Source: Octopus bimaculoides (lineage: Eukaryota). From it: a DNA stretch of 63,793 bases. Position numbers and translations under genes: made by a program. Positions 39,857-53,903 of the stretch are shown piece after piece (the stretch's first letter is position 1; each line of letters opens with the position of its first letter). Under the pieces are notes generated by a model. That model worked only from the letters and a program-made list of their open reading frames with translations. It searched no databases and had not been told where the DNA came from. The stretch spans positions 48,209,244 through 48,273,036 of the forward strand of contig NC_068999.1 in the NCBI RefSeq assembly GCF_001194135.2, written 5' to 3'.

Positions 39857-41131
39857 TTATTTTAAATGTGAAATTTCATTAGAAACATATCCAAGAAAAC
39901 TTTCTGTTTTGACATAATCTAATGTCTCTGTTATTTGTTCTGTGTCTTGTATTTTATCCATTTCTTTATCTGGTCTTTGCAAAGAATCTGATGGTTTATG
40001 AACATTAGCATTTACAAGATTACAAGAACTTGTTGGATTTTGAGATATTCCTTGTCTTTCGTTTTGAATATTTTTGTCTTGAACCTCATCTAATGAAGAT
40101 TCCATAGCCTCTACAACGTGTTCATGTGGTACATAACCATCATTACAATTCACTTTTACATTTTCTTTGTCTGTTCTACCATTAAACTTTGAAGTTCCTA
40201 TCTGATCACTTTCTTTATTTTCAGTTTGTAAAATTTGTCCTTTCAAAGGTTTACTTTTATAAGAGTTAGTGCTTTCTTCGAGGAATCCTGAAATATAATC
40301 TGGTTCAGAGAATATATAATCTGTGATACTCCCATTACTGTTTGTATTTTTACATGGAGGAATAGAATTAGATACAAGTTTGTTAAGATCATTTGGTTCA
40401 TCAACATAATCTGGGCTACTGGAAACAATATTCATCAAGTTACCATTCACACATGTGGGAACTGACACACTGAAAGAACTATCTGGTTCATCAACATAAT
40501 CTGTTCTACAGGAGACATTTTCCTTCATGTTACCATCCGAAAATGTGGGGACTGGCATAGATAGAAGTTCACTGGAAGAACTATCTGGTTCATCAACATA
40601 ATCTGTTCTACAGCAGACATTTTCCTCCATGTTACCATCCGAACATGTGGGGACTGACATAGATGAAAGTTCACTGAAAGAACTATCTGGTTCATCAACA
40701 TAGTCTGTTCTACTAGAGACATTTTCCTTCATGTTATCATCCGAACATGTGGGGACTGACCCAGGAGACCTACATGACCGCCTATAATCTCCTGATGCAT
40801 CAATATAGCCTGTCTTATTGGAAACATTTTCAATATCATCTATTTTACTCCATAGAAAGGCAGTTTTAACATTGATATTCTCAACATCCTTTGATTTGTC
40901 CAGAAGTTTTCCTGTCAGTTCATTAACTTGTAAATAATCAGGAAAATGTATTGTTGACTTTAAAAATTCTTGACTTGGAAAATGTGATTTTTCAGTCCCT
41001 GATGAATTGTCGAAACTATAATAACCTGATTCACCAGTTTGATGAAACGTGTATTTACTACCATCCATTAGCTGATTTTCACCCTCTTTAATTTTTTCGT
41101 AATTGTAGTCCAGATCAGTGTAACTGGGAAC
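39857..41131 (-). CDS. Receptor B terminal exon: 424-aa Tyr-rich cytoplasmic tail
   Basis: gatcttcacag|GTT CCC AGT TAC ([14 protein letters not shown]...) extends ORF 39857..41068 by 21 codons. Confidence 0.9.
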   Translation of the reverse strand, partial: VPSYTDLDYNYEKIKEGENQLMDGSKYTFHQTGESGYYSFDNSSGTEKSHFPSQEFLKSTIHFPDYLQVNELTGKLLDKSKDVENINVKTAFLWSKIDDIENVSNKTGYIDASGDYRRSCRSPGSVPTCSDDNMKENVSSRTDYVDEPDSSFSELSSMSVPTCSDGNMEENVCCRTDYVDEPDSSSSELLSMPVPTFSDGNMKENVSCRTDYVDEPDSSFSVSVPTCVNGNLMNIVSSSPDYVDEPNDLNKLVSNSIPPCKNTNSNGSITDYIFSEPDYISGFLEESTNSYKSKPLKGQILQTENKESDQIGTSKFNGRTDKENVKVNCNDGYVPHEHVVEAMESSLDEVQDKNIQNERQGISQNPTSSCNLVNANVHKPSDSLQRPDKEMDKIQDTEQITETLDYVKTESFLGYVSNEISHLK

Positions 41132-44100
41132 CTGTGAAGATCAAAAGGAAAATGACATACATTAATATATGATAGAGACATAAGGAAAACAGTGTCTATT
41201 GCTTTAGGAGAGGCTATTGTAGAAGCAGTAAAGGAAATTAGCTGAGAGAGAAGACAGCATATTTGGAGAATGTCTCCAGATAATGAATTTATGCCTATAA
41301 ATTGAGTGACCTTTCTCTGAATGTGATCCAGAATGTGTGTGTGTGTGTGTGTGAAGCAGCCATGCTGTTCCACATGTTGAAACAGTATTCCGTTTTTTTT
41401 ATGTCTCACATAGACTACATAGTTGTCCATGAATTATTGAAGGATATTGTAGCTCTGTATGTAGGTGTGTATGCTTGCATATTAGCGAGTTTGGTGGGGT
41501 GGAAAGGGATAGATCTGGAGGAGATTGTTTACCTGGTGGTGCGCAAGGTGAGAATGGATGAAGTCGGAGGCTTTCTCCATAGGAGTACTCTTGATAGAAT
41601 CTTCAGGTTTGAGAAGCAGAAGAAAGAAGGATTCTGAAAACTTGATGGAATTCCTTTTGGTAAAGAACCAGAAGGACCAGCTGCATTTTGTGGCGCAAGA
41701 GAGATCGAGGGAAATATGATGCACAAAGGAATCCTTCATGATTTGGATACGGAAAGTTCTGTCACCAAAATAGGTTCAGTGTCTTGTCAGCCATGCTGAA
41801 TCACCAGCACGTAAACAGCCAAGCCCAATCATCTCATGTCACTTTATCGTGGCTTCTATGATATATTATACGAGAAGACCTGTCAAGCCAAGTGAAATTG
41901 TAGTTGTGCCAGTGGTACGTAAAAAGCACCCTTTGAATGTTGGGCCTCATGGGGGCAATGACAAGTTACCAAGACCTTTGGCAATATACTGTGCTACAAT
42001 CTTGTGATCATGAGTACAATACTTGAACAACTAAGCCAACTGTCTAAGGTCCCATCTTTAATCCCTTGCTTTTTATTCTAATCCACGAGACTAGATATCA
42101 CTGGGAACTATTCTATGCTGATGACATATTTTTCAGTGCAAAATCTGCTAAAGAAAAACAGAAGTTTGAAACTTGGCAAGTGTGGGATTGAGTTAAAAAA
42201 AAACATGAAGCTTAACAAGACCTAAAGTAAAATAATAATTAGGAACAAGATCTAAGTGAAATAACTCCAAGAGAAGGATCCATTCTCAATGTGTGAGCCA
42301 AGAAGTAACAGTTGTAATTTAACTTTGTTATAATGAGAGAAAGGTCAAAGGTTGTGAATTGGCAGAATTGTTACCATACTGGACAAGAATGCTTGGCAGC
42401 TCTTTAAGCTCTGAGTTCAAAATGCTGTGAAGGTCAACTCTGCCTTTCATCCCTCCAAGAGTCAATAAAATAGGTGGCAATCAAGCACTGATGATCAAGA
42501 TAATCAACTTAACCAAACCCCTTAAATTGCTGGTCTTGAGCCAAAATTTGAAAGCATTGATAAAGAAAGGATTATAGCTGAGAGCAAGCAGTAAATCATT
42601 TACCCTGTCTATTGTGGTAACTTCAATTGCTGTAACATACTTGCAGTGGCTGAAATAAATGAACAGAGAACATGACATTTATAAACGGCCATTGTTTTTG
42701 CATCATAGTCATGAAGGATTTGTGTTACATTAAAGAAATTACATTTATTGTTGTTGTTGGCACTCCGTCGCTTACGACGTCAAGGGTTCCAGTTGATCCA
42801 GTCAACGGAACAGCCTGCTTGTGAAATTAATGTGCAAATGGCTGAGCACTCCACAGACATGTGTACCCTTAACGTAGTTCTCGGGGATATTCAGCATGAC
42901 ACAGAGTGTGACAAAGCTGACCCTTTTGAATTACAGGAACAACAGAAACAAGAAGAAAGAGTGAGAGAAAGTTGTGGTGAAAGAGCCTCGTGGAGCTTTA
43001 GGGGTTTTCGCTCAATAAACACTCACAACGCCCTGTCTGGGAATCGAAACTGCGATCCTATGACCGTGAGTCCGCTGCCCTAACCAGTGGGCCATTGCGC
43101 CTCCACAAATTATGGCTATTCAAAAATAACAATAACATTCATCATCATCATCATCATCGTTTAACGTCCGCTTTCCATGCTAGCATGGGTTGGACGATTT
43201 GATTGAGGACTGGTGAAACCGGATGGCAACACCAGGCTCGTCTAACACAATTTTTGTCCTTGGGTAGCAACTGTTATTTCATATTTGCTTACCCCTAGTA
43301 AGTATGAAAAACAGCCAATATTTCCTTTAAACTTTGCTTTTGTTACATTTATTAAAAACCCAAAGAATCCCTCTTGACATATGGCTATGATGCTCATTCA
43401 CTATTCCAGTATGAGAGACGCCCATACTGTCAACCACTAAGGGACATGCTCAAGTGGTTACAGTCAACCAACTGGCAAGCAAATCTGTGATACTGAGCAG
43501 AATATTTGTTATAACGATATTTCTGCTTCAGCAACTCAGTGCTGAATCTGTCTGAAATGTAATGGAAAATAGTCAGTTTCAAAACATTGTTGTCCAGGTC
43601 ACAAAGGCAAACTTTGAAACGAATAATAGTCATTTCCTTTGATTCTTAGAGAGAAGCAAATAGGAAATAACACTTACTGACCAAAGACAAAACAAAATAA
43701 AAATTTTGTTTCACAGTGTAAACAATGACAAAATAATATAGGCACAATCGTGGCTGCCTCAGTTTCCATCTACCAAATTCAATCACAAGGCTTTGCTCAG
43801 CCTAGTGCAACATTACAAGACACTTGGCAAAGGTGCCGTGCAGTTGGACTGAACTTAACCTTGCATTGTTGGGAAGAAACCTTCTTAAACCACAGACCAA
43901 AAAAGAGATGTCTGCTACTGTATGGTGGTATTGTTTGCAAGCCTCCCAGTTGACCTCTGTTACAGAGATTCATAAAGATTCAAATGCTTCTGAACACCTG
44001 GTGCTAGCTTCCTTCCATGGAGACCTGTCTTGAGTATATGTTAGCCGGGGGAGAGGAAGAGGCAGAATGGGTAAGGTTGGGTAGTGGACTCAGCCCAATT

Positions 44101-47100
44101 ATAAGCTGATCTTGCAATCTTTTAAGGTTGCTTTCAGTGCATCTTTGAATTTTTTTTTTTAAACAGGTGTACCAACATTGTAGCCTCCATTTGAAAGCTT
44201 AGAATAGGTTACATCTGATTGTTGACAGTCAGACAGTCCTGACAGCATGTATTGTATGAACGTGTGTGTGTGTGTGTGTGTGTAAAAAGGAATATAAACA
44301 TTTAAAACTTACCTCCTAATATATATAAACAAGCCTGATGTAATTAATAGAACTGTCGCCAACAACATGAACGAATATAGGTAAATCTCACTCAAATCTG
44401 TAAAAGTAAAGATGTTCATTAGAGCATATAATTTTTGCACATTACCATCACTATTTGATGACCAAAATTTCAAACATTCAGATAAAAATTTCTCCCTTTA
44501 TATTTATATACAATATTCTGTAGTTGTTTCTATTTGGTGGGAAGGGTGTATTTCTTTTCAGTGTTACTCAAAACCAGATTTTCCATTTCCCATATAAGTT
44601 AATTTATCTCAAGCTATTAGCATGAAAATTTGATGAACTTTACTTTAATAATTTTTGCTCTACATGAACTAGGTCTTCAACCATTTGTAGCCACATGGAC
44701 TGGGTTGCTCACATATTAAATGTAACTGTCATTAACATTATGTAAAACTGCCAATTAGTTAACCAATTATATCTGTTATCTGCAGCCTTACAATATGTAA
44801 AAATAAAGTAGGATATGAAGTTTATACCATGGGTTTCATGTAGACTACCTGGAAAAGATAACAGGACACAGTTCCAATGTATCCTCCATTGGACACTATG
44901 ATAGATTCATATAAAATTAGGTGTAAGGATAGATAAGCTTTGTTTTTGGAGAGATTAAAATTTTACAGTGTACTGTTTGATATGGTAATACAGAAGAATC
45001 TAAAAAGAGCCCTTGTAATTTTTCCTTCCATTCCAATAAGAGACAAACTAAACGACAATGCTGAATGATGTATAAACAAAATATTAGATTCTAAATCAAG
45101 GGTTCTCAACCATTTTTTATCTATGGACCCTTTGATTACTATTTTATTCTGGTGGATACCCATAGCCATTCAATGTAACCAGTTTTATAGAACCATGTTT
45201 CAAAATTCCAATTAATTTGTGTAGGTTGAACTACATAAAATGTTAGAGAAAGAAATCTAGAGATTTCCCAATACATACATCTGAAACAAAATATTTTCAG
45301 GGGTTCTGAAAATACTATTGTGGATCCCATGTTTACTATTTTATGGCATGGACCCTAAAAATTTTATATGGACCCTGGATGAAAACCCTTGTTCTAGATA
45401 TTCCATAAAGTATTCTCTTTACCTGTGTCTTTAGTTACTCCTGTTATGGTGTCACTCATTAGACTTAGTCCATGCTTTGTCTTCACTTGTATACATACTG
45501 AATATTCTGTGTCTGGTGATAGGCCATTGATGATGACAACATTTTCAACTGCTTTTGTCTCATTCACTGGAAATTCTTTCCTCTTACCTTTAAGCAATTT
45601 TTAAAATGAAGAAAGGACAACATTTTACCATTTCTTTATATTTATTTAGTCAGTCAGAGAATATCTTTAGGAAAAACAGGAATACCACATCTTTCATTTC
45701 TTATTTTCCATACCAAATATAGGTTCAAAGAATGATATCCAACAACTAGAACAACAGCAGCAATAAGATCAAGTGGTGAGGGAGATCTGTTTATACCAAG
45801 GCACAAGCCCTACTTCTCCCCCTCTGTAAGGGACAAAATGCATTTCCTTTTGATTTGGTTAGAATTTATTTTCTAAATGTTAGGTGTAAATGAAAAACTT
45901 TTGGTCTGGCAGGATTTGAACCTAAAACCATAAAGCACTCTATTGGGTGGTTGATGTTAAAAACCCATGCCAAAACAGACACTGAAGCCTGGTGTAATCT
46001 TCTACCTGGCCAGCTCTTGTCAAACCGTCCAACCCAATGCCAGCATGGAAATGGACATTAAATGATGATGATGATGGTGACAATGATGATGATTCTACTG
46101 TCACAACCACCATTCTAAACAGTGTTTCACAACAATAAGAACATCGACATCACCATCAACATCATCATCAGTTAATGTCATTTTTTCTCTGTTGGCTTGG
46201 TTGGTTCAACAGGAGCCAACAAACTAGTGGGCTGCACCAAGTTTCAATGTCTGCTTTGGTATGGTTTATACATTTGGATGCATTTCCTGTTGCCATCCAC
46301 TTCACAGAGCGTACTGACACCAGAGTGTACCTTTTTTTTTTTTTTTTTACCTTGGCACCAGCAATGATGGAGTCACCAAGTACCTACAAGGTAAAACCTC
46401 TCAACTGAGTAGGGTATTGTATTGAGGGGATGGGAAAATATGATAGAGGAACAAGAGCAGGTGGCTTGCCCATTTAGAAAGAGACAGACAGACAGACACT
46501 GCTGAGGGCAAAGTGTGAGGTGAATATGAGAGAAAGTATAAGGAATGCAACGAGACAGTTAAAAAAATAGAATACTCACCATTTTCACAATTCTTACCCT
46601 CTGCATAATGCAGCACATAAGCAATGGGTATACCATTCCAGTCCGAACATTGCAGAGTAGGCCATGTAAGAGAAAACTTAGTTTCTGACCAATAAACATA
46701 AGGTTTCTGAGGTTTTATGGCTGAAAGAGTGTAAAATATTTGTTATTCTTACTTTTATTCTTATCATTATTAATATCACTATTAGCATGTTCACAGTTTT
46801 ATTAATGATCGAAAATGGTATATCAAAACAACGAGAGAAACTATTGTTAAATGTCAGCAGTCAAGTAAATAAATGTATATACTCAGAACTGAAGCACTTG
46901 AAGAATCAGATACGGTTGTAACATATCAGTTGAAAATATTGTCCACATGATTGATAGATGTGTGTGTGTGTGTGTGAAAACACATACATATGGTGGTCTT
47001 CTTTTAGTTTTCATCTACCAAATCTACTCACAAGGTTTTGGTTGGCCTGCCCTAAGATATAGGGCAGGCCAAACAAAAGCCCTATATTTCATATTTCATT

Positions 47101-50100
47101 CAGCTTTGTGTGCAAGTAGCACAGGGCTTGGAATTTTCCAACGTTAAGCTGCATGGTATTGTCCTCAGCCCACCTGTATATTGCACCCAACTCCTGTTGC
47201 AGGTGCACAATATCTCCAGGATTCTGTATCCTCTAAGAGACTTTTGTATCATCTGCATAGCTAGCAAGGGAGGCTATCTGAGCAGCTGAGAGGATGTCTG
47301 AAAGGGCCACTATGAATAACATTGGCCCAAGACAGTGCCCTGTAGAACACTACTCACGATTTGTGTTTCCTTAGAGGTAGCTGCATTGGCCACCACTGCC
47401 TGACTTCTATCTTTTAGAAAGTCATGTTGCCATTCTCTAAGTTTTCTGACAATGCAGAGATCGTGCAGCTTGTGACATATCATACCATGGTTGACTTTAT
47501 CAAAGATATATCACATCCACATTTGAGTTGTTAAACAGCTGCTTTAACACCCAAACTTTCTGGGTGTTCTATTTCAAATTTGATGTGGCTGTCAGTATTG
47601 CTGAAACTTTAATGTATGGCAATCACCTCCTCCCAGAACCCTCTCTCTACTGGATTTCCAAATCAAGATCACAGAGGAGGGTTCCATCTATACTAATTTT
47701 TACAAAAAGAAAAAGCAGCCAGTAGGAACCTGTTTGTACACTACAAATCAGCTCTGCTGGCCAGAGCTAAAGCTGCATATGTGCAAAATGAAATCACGTG
47801 CATAAGAGACAAATGCAACAAAACAACTGACAGAGGTATCAACAGCAAGTGATTCCTCAAGAACTTAGCACACAATAGCTATCAAACGACTGTAACTACA
47901 AAACATGAAAGTAGGCAAACCACACAAGAAGGCCCATAATCCCAAGTCTGAAAAGTGTTTCCTTAAACTGCCCTACTTTGACGGCAGAACATCTGCAGCT
48001 ATACAACATGTGACCCGCATAGAGAGACTCAACATACAGATGGTGCACACTGGTCCACCGTGAAGAAATTTCTCTCAAGGAATAATACTACAGATAGCAT
48101 TGTTGGGTGCACACTAACCAATTGCCCCATCAATAATGTCAAAATATACTTGAGGGCCTAAGTGGTATATGAAGTAGTCTGCAGTAAATGTGGAGCATCC
48201 TACATAGAGAGCACCACCAGGAAATTTCACATCTGTATAAAGGAGCATATGCACAGGGACACTTCAATATAGAAACACCTTAGGAAGTGCCAAACCCAAG
48301 ATTTTCAAGTAGCCATCGAGGCCATCCAACACAACAGGATCAATCTCAGAATCATGGAGGCCCTCCTTATAAACTTAATAAATACAGTTGATCCTATTGC
48401 AAACATCATTGTAATGTTAGAGATAGTAAGAAAGTTTTAACATATTTTTCTGACAAAACTTGCTACATTAGTCTGTTTAGAAGAGTATAACAGATTATAA
48501 AATTGGGATAATTACATTTTCTAGGCATGAATATACATTCTGCTTTTGTTAAAGAACTTCTCCCTTCTTCTGTGCTGACATGAGCAGCAAAAACAGGCAG
48601 TTGTTCAAAACTGTAATTTACCAAAACATAACCTTCATTTGCAACTGTAATCCATTCACCTTCATCCTAAAAGCACAATAAAATTTTAGGTAATTAAATT
48701 AAATAATAATTCTTTCTACTATAGGCACAGGGCCTGAAATTTAGGGAGAGGGAGCTAGTCATTATATTGCCCCAGTTCTAGACAGGGGTAATGTAATGAC
48801 TAGCTGAAGGGATAAAAAGCAAAGTTGACCTCAGTGGCATTTGAACACAGAGCATAAGGAGCCAGAAGAAATGCTGCATTTAGCATCTCTGATTATCACT
48901 CACTCCCATTCCATTTGTTATCTTAGTCTGGCTCCATCAGCGTGACTGCAATGTCAAAATGCAGACACAAACACACACACACACACACACATATGATGAG
49001 TTACTCTCAATTTCTGCCAACCAAATCCACTCACAAGGTTTTGGTCAGCCTGGGCCTATAGTAGAAGACAATGGTGCCACAGAATGGGACAGAACCTAGA
49101 AGCATGTAGCAAGAGCTACATGCAGAAACAATTAGACCAGCTCGCTGTCTTTAATGATTTTAAATATTGACACAAAGCTAAAAATTTTAAGGGAGGGGTT
49201 AATCAATTACAGCGACCCCAGTATTCAACTGCTACTTATTTCATTAAGCCAGAAAGGATGAAAGGCAACCTCAACAGAAATTGAACCCAGAACTTAAATT
49301 GCTATTACTGTCATTTTAACCCTTTAGCATTCACATTATTCTGTCAAAAGTAATGCTTATTTATTCACATTGTTTTGACTGAATCATGCATTATTTTGTA
49401 GCTTTCAAATTCTGATGAAGTAACTCTTAATTTTTAGAATGATATTGTAGGGTTGGTCTAAGAGGCCAGATCTGACCAGTTTGAATATCAAAGAGGTAGA
49501 ATATTTTGGCCAGATATGGCCGGTTTAAATGCTAAAGGGTTAAAATGTAATTTGCAATCTGCTAAATTGGTAGCCAGGTCCATCCATCTCAGTTCTGAAT
49601 CCATACATCAGAGATGCCCACAGTTTAAAGCTTCACCTATCTATTCTCAAATATTCTTTAGACTGTTTCTACTTTGAATACACTATACTACCAACTGATG
49701 GTTGATGGTAACCAAGGATGGTCACTGATTTAGGCACAAGGCCAGTAACTGTAGATGGGGTGGGTGAGTTGATACTGGTGTACCCCACCACCACCACAAC
49801 CATCACCAGGACTTGAGGTGTTGTCATCTTCATCACAAAACTACATAAATTGAATATGTTGTAAACATTTATTAATGATAAATTTACATTCATGTTTATA
49901 TGACATCATAGGAAGATGGATTTACTTACTCTGCATTCAATTTTAGAAGAGGTAATCTGATTCAGGCACCAAAACACAGTTACATTAACAGATTCCTGAG
50001 GCTGTTCAATTAACCAAGACACATTATACATTTTGTCACTTATTTTTGACACATAAACTGCTGTAGGCTTCCTTGGGGCTGAATAAAAGAAAAGGAATCA

Positions 50101-53100
50101 TTAATAGCTGTTTTATATTATCTTCCTTCTGCATACATGAGTATGAAAGTTATGAATTAGCTTATGATTTAATATATGATTGTTAAGAATTAATTAAAAG
50201 GAGTACTTTAACTGTTTGATGACTTTCAGAATACTACTCGCAGTCATAGGATCGCGGTTTCGATTCCCAGACGTTGTGAGTGTTTATTGAGCGAAAACAC
50301 CTAAAGCTCCACGAGGCTCCGGCAGGGGATAGTGGCGAACCCTGCTGTGCTCTTTCACCACAACTTTCTCTCACTCTTACTTCCTGTTTCTGTTGTGCCT
50401 GTAATTCAAAGGGCCAGCCTTGTCACACTGTGTCACGCTGAATATCCCCGAGAACTACGTTAAGGGTACACGTGTCTGTGGAGTGCTCAGCCACTTGCAC
50501 GTTAATTTCACAAGCAGGCTGTTCCGTTGATTGGATCAACTGGAACCCTCGATGGACAATGGACATTATATGATGATGATGATGATGATNNNNNNNNNNN
50601 NNNNNNNNNNNNNNNNNNNNNNNNNNNNNNNNNNNNNNNNNNNNNNNNNNNNNNNNNNNNNNNNNNNNNNNNNNNNNNNNNNNNNNNNNNNNNNNNNNNN
50701 NNNNNNNNNNNNNNNNNNNNNNNNNNNNNNNNNNNNNNNNNNNNNNNNNNNNNNNNNNNNNNNNNNNNNNNNNNNNNNNNNNNNNNNNNNNNNNNNNNNN
50801 NNNNNNNNNNNNNNNNNNNNNNNNNNNNNNNNNNNNNNNNNNNNNNNNNNNNNNNNNNNNNNNNNNNNNTGAAACTCTTTATATAAAGAGTCAACTATTA
50901 AATTGTTTGAATCCAGGCATTGTTCAGTGTTATTAGTTGATGAACTTCCATCAATGTATTGGACACAGTATCCTGTTAGAATATCATTCCTGAATTCCAC
51001 AGGTAAACTCTGTGAAAAAGACAAACATTAACAATAATGTTACAATATCCTTTGATTCATTCAATACTTTCACCTCCAACCCCATCTCTAACCATTTCAC
51101 ATTCTCATCAACTTATCTCCCCATCCACCTTTCCCAATTTTTTGTCTGTATTCCCTTTTAATACTCGCCATTTTGATTCTTTTAAAAAAACTGGCACTCC
51201 ATCAGTCATGACCAACAATTGTTCCAGCTGATTTAATCAATGAAACAACCTGCTTGTGAAATCAACATGCAAGTGGTTGAGCACTCCACTGATATGTATA
51301 CCCTTAGTGTAGTTCTCAAGGAGTTTAAGTGTGACACATAATGTGACAAGGCTGGCCCCTTGAAATACATGGGCAACTCATTTTTTACCAACTGAGCGAA
51401 CCAGAGCAACATGAGACAAAATATCTTGCTCAAGGACACAATTCATCACCAGGAGTCAAATTCATGACCTAATGACCATGAGCTCAATACCTTGACCACT
51501 AAACCAGGCACCTTCATTTCTTTCCTTTTTTTTTTTTGTATCTTGAGAGTATTACAACACACCATTATTTACAGTAGCGATACTTTCAGACTATCAAGTA
51601 CTGCATTAGTTTGCAATGCAACATTCAATGCTTACTATGATCAGATAATTTGAATAGGGATAAATGGTACAGTCTTTGGTACTCTTGTGCTGTTTCTACA
51701 ACTCAATAGGATTTAACATTCAGTATATACTTTGAAAAAATAGTTCAATTTACCTGCCAGTATACTGTGATACATCTTTGGTTTGTTGGGTGGGGACAAC
51801 TCCATTCATAATATCGAAAATAAGATGTTTTGACTGGATAAGGAATGGCTGGGTGAGAAAAAAAGATGAAATACATTGATTGGTTATAGAAGAGATAATA
51901 TGGGATAAAGACATAGGGAATTTTTATGGGGATATATCATGTAACAAGACTTGCCAACTTAATATACTAGAATAGGAAAATGTGCACAGAAAAGATAATG
52001 ATGCTGATGATGATGATGTATTGTATTGGAAACTCATCATATTTCTTTCTTTCAATCAATCAATCAATCATAAAATTCTTAGGATCCAATGGAATCAAGG
52101 TATTTAAATAACAAAGGCACCAAAATAGAGTTGGGAATAGCATACCTGTGTACTAACAGTGTGTATGGATACTTATAGACTTACTCAGCCCACCTGTATT
52201 ATCATTTACATCTATTTATCTATCTCATAATCATTTAACATCCCTTGTCCATGCTGGTATGGGTTGCACTGCTGGCATTATATACATATATACATATATA
52301 TATATATAATTTAGAGAAAAACCACTATCAAATAATTCAGTAATGAAGAATATAATTCATACCCTCCAGAAAATAAATATATCATAAACACCTTATTCTA
52401 AAATACAATAAAATGCATAAAAAATAACTAGTAAATGGTATAAGAATGACTATGCATGTTTCGTAGCTATATTTTCAAATAGATAACTAATAAAACTAAT
52501 TCGATTATTAATTCTATTAATAATCAATGTTAATATTAAATGTTATTCGATCATTTGTTTATTTATTGTTAAAATAAGTATTTTTTATATATTCATTTGA
52601 TATTTATTGTAAGTTACAATATGTAAATTGGTTTATTTTTATTATTTTTATTTCATTTTAGACCTAACAAGTGACTATTTTTGAATAGATTTAATTATAG
52701 ATCGATTTGATTATATTGTATTGTATACATATATATAATACACATATGTGTGTCATTTTAACGATGCGTATTGTTGCACCTTGTTTACCATTTTTGTCCT
52801 TGTTCTTTTGCCACGTCATGTACCCAGTTATGTATCTATATGTACATGTGGATGAACGTATATACATACATGTACATATATATGCATATACTCATATATT
52901 GTTTGTATCACGACAGAACACACGCGTTACCTTTATACAGTAAGTTTTAACTATTTTTCTAACGCGACTCTCTCTATTTCTATCTCCCCCTCTCATTCTT
53001 CCCTCTACTGTTCTTCGNNNNNNNNNNNNNNNNNNNNNNNNNNNNNNNNNNNNNNNNNNNNNNNNNNNNNNNNNNNNNNNNNNNNNNNNNNNNNNNNNNN

Positions 53101-53713
53101 NNNNNNNNNNNNNNNNNNNNNNNNNNNNNNNNNNNNNNNNNNNNNNNNNNNNNNNNNNNNNNNNNNNNNNNNNNNNNNNNNNNNNNNNNNNNNNNNNNNN
53201 NNNNNNNNNNNNNNNNNNNNNNNNNNNNNNNNNNNNNNNNNNNNNNNNNNNNNNNNNNNNNNNNNNNNNNNNNNNNNNNNNNNNNNNNNNNNNNNNNNNN
53301 NNNNNNNNNNNNNNNNNNNNNNNNNNNNNNNNNNNNNNNNNNNNNNNNNNNNNNNNNNNNNNNNNNNNNNNNNNNNNNNNNNNNNNNNNNNNNNNNNNNN
53401 NNNNNNNNNNNNNNNNNNNNNNNNNNNNNNNNNNNNNNNNNNNNNNNNNNNNNNNNNNNNNNNNTCATTTTAACGATGCGTATTGTTGCACCTTGTTTAC
53501 CATTTTTGTCCTTGTTCTTTTGCCACGTCATGTACCCAGTTATGTATCTATATGTACATGTGGATGAACATATATACATACATATACATATATATGCATA
53601 TACTCATATATTGTTTATATATATATATATATATATATACATATATTTTTTTTATGTTTCAGTTGCAAAGCTGCGGTCATGCTGGAGCACCACTGTATAT
53701 ACACATATGTGTA

Positions 53714-53746
<33 letters not shown>

Positions 53747-53846
53747 ACATATATATAATACACATATGTATACATATATCATCATATATGTATCCAAACA
53801 TATATTATATATATGTATGCATATACATACATATGTAAACATATAC

Positions 53847-53903
<57 letters not shown>

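Noticed and set aside
40367-40759. Repeat array as CRISPR-like
   Set aside because: No unique spacers; an in-frame coding tandem repeat in a eukaryotic exon
41099-41131. YTDL-x3-YEKI as an ITAM in receptor B
   Set aside because: The spacer is 3 residues; ITAMs need 6-8
52440-52500. Possible further hammerhead remnant (gtttcg-tagcta...)
   Set aside because: The CUGAUGA side is unrecognisable; too degenerate to claim
52764-53610. About 140-nt duplication either side of gap 53018-53464
   Set aside because: Most likely a haplotype or assembly duplication across a gap; cannot be supported as real
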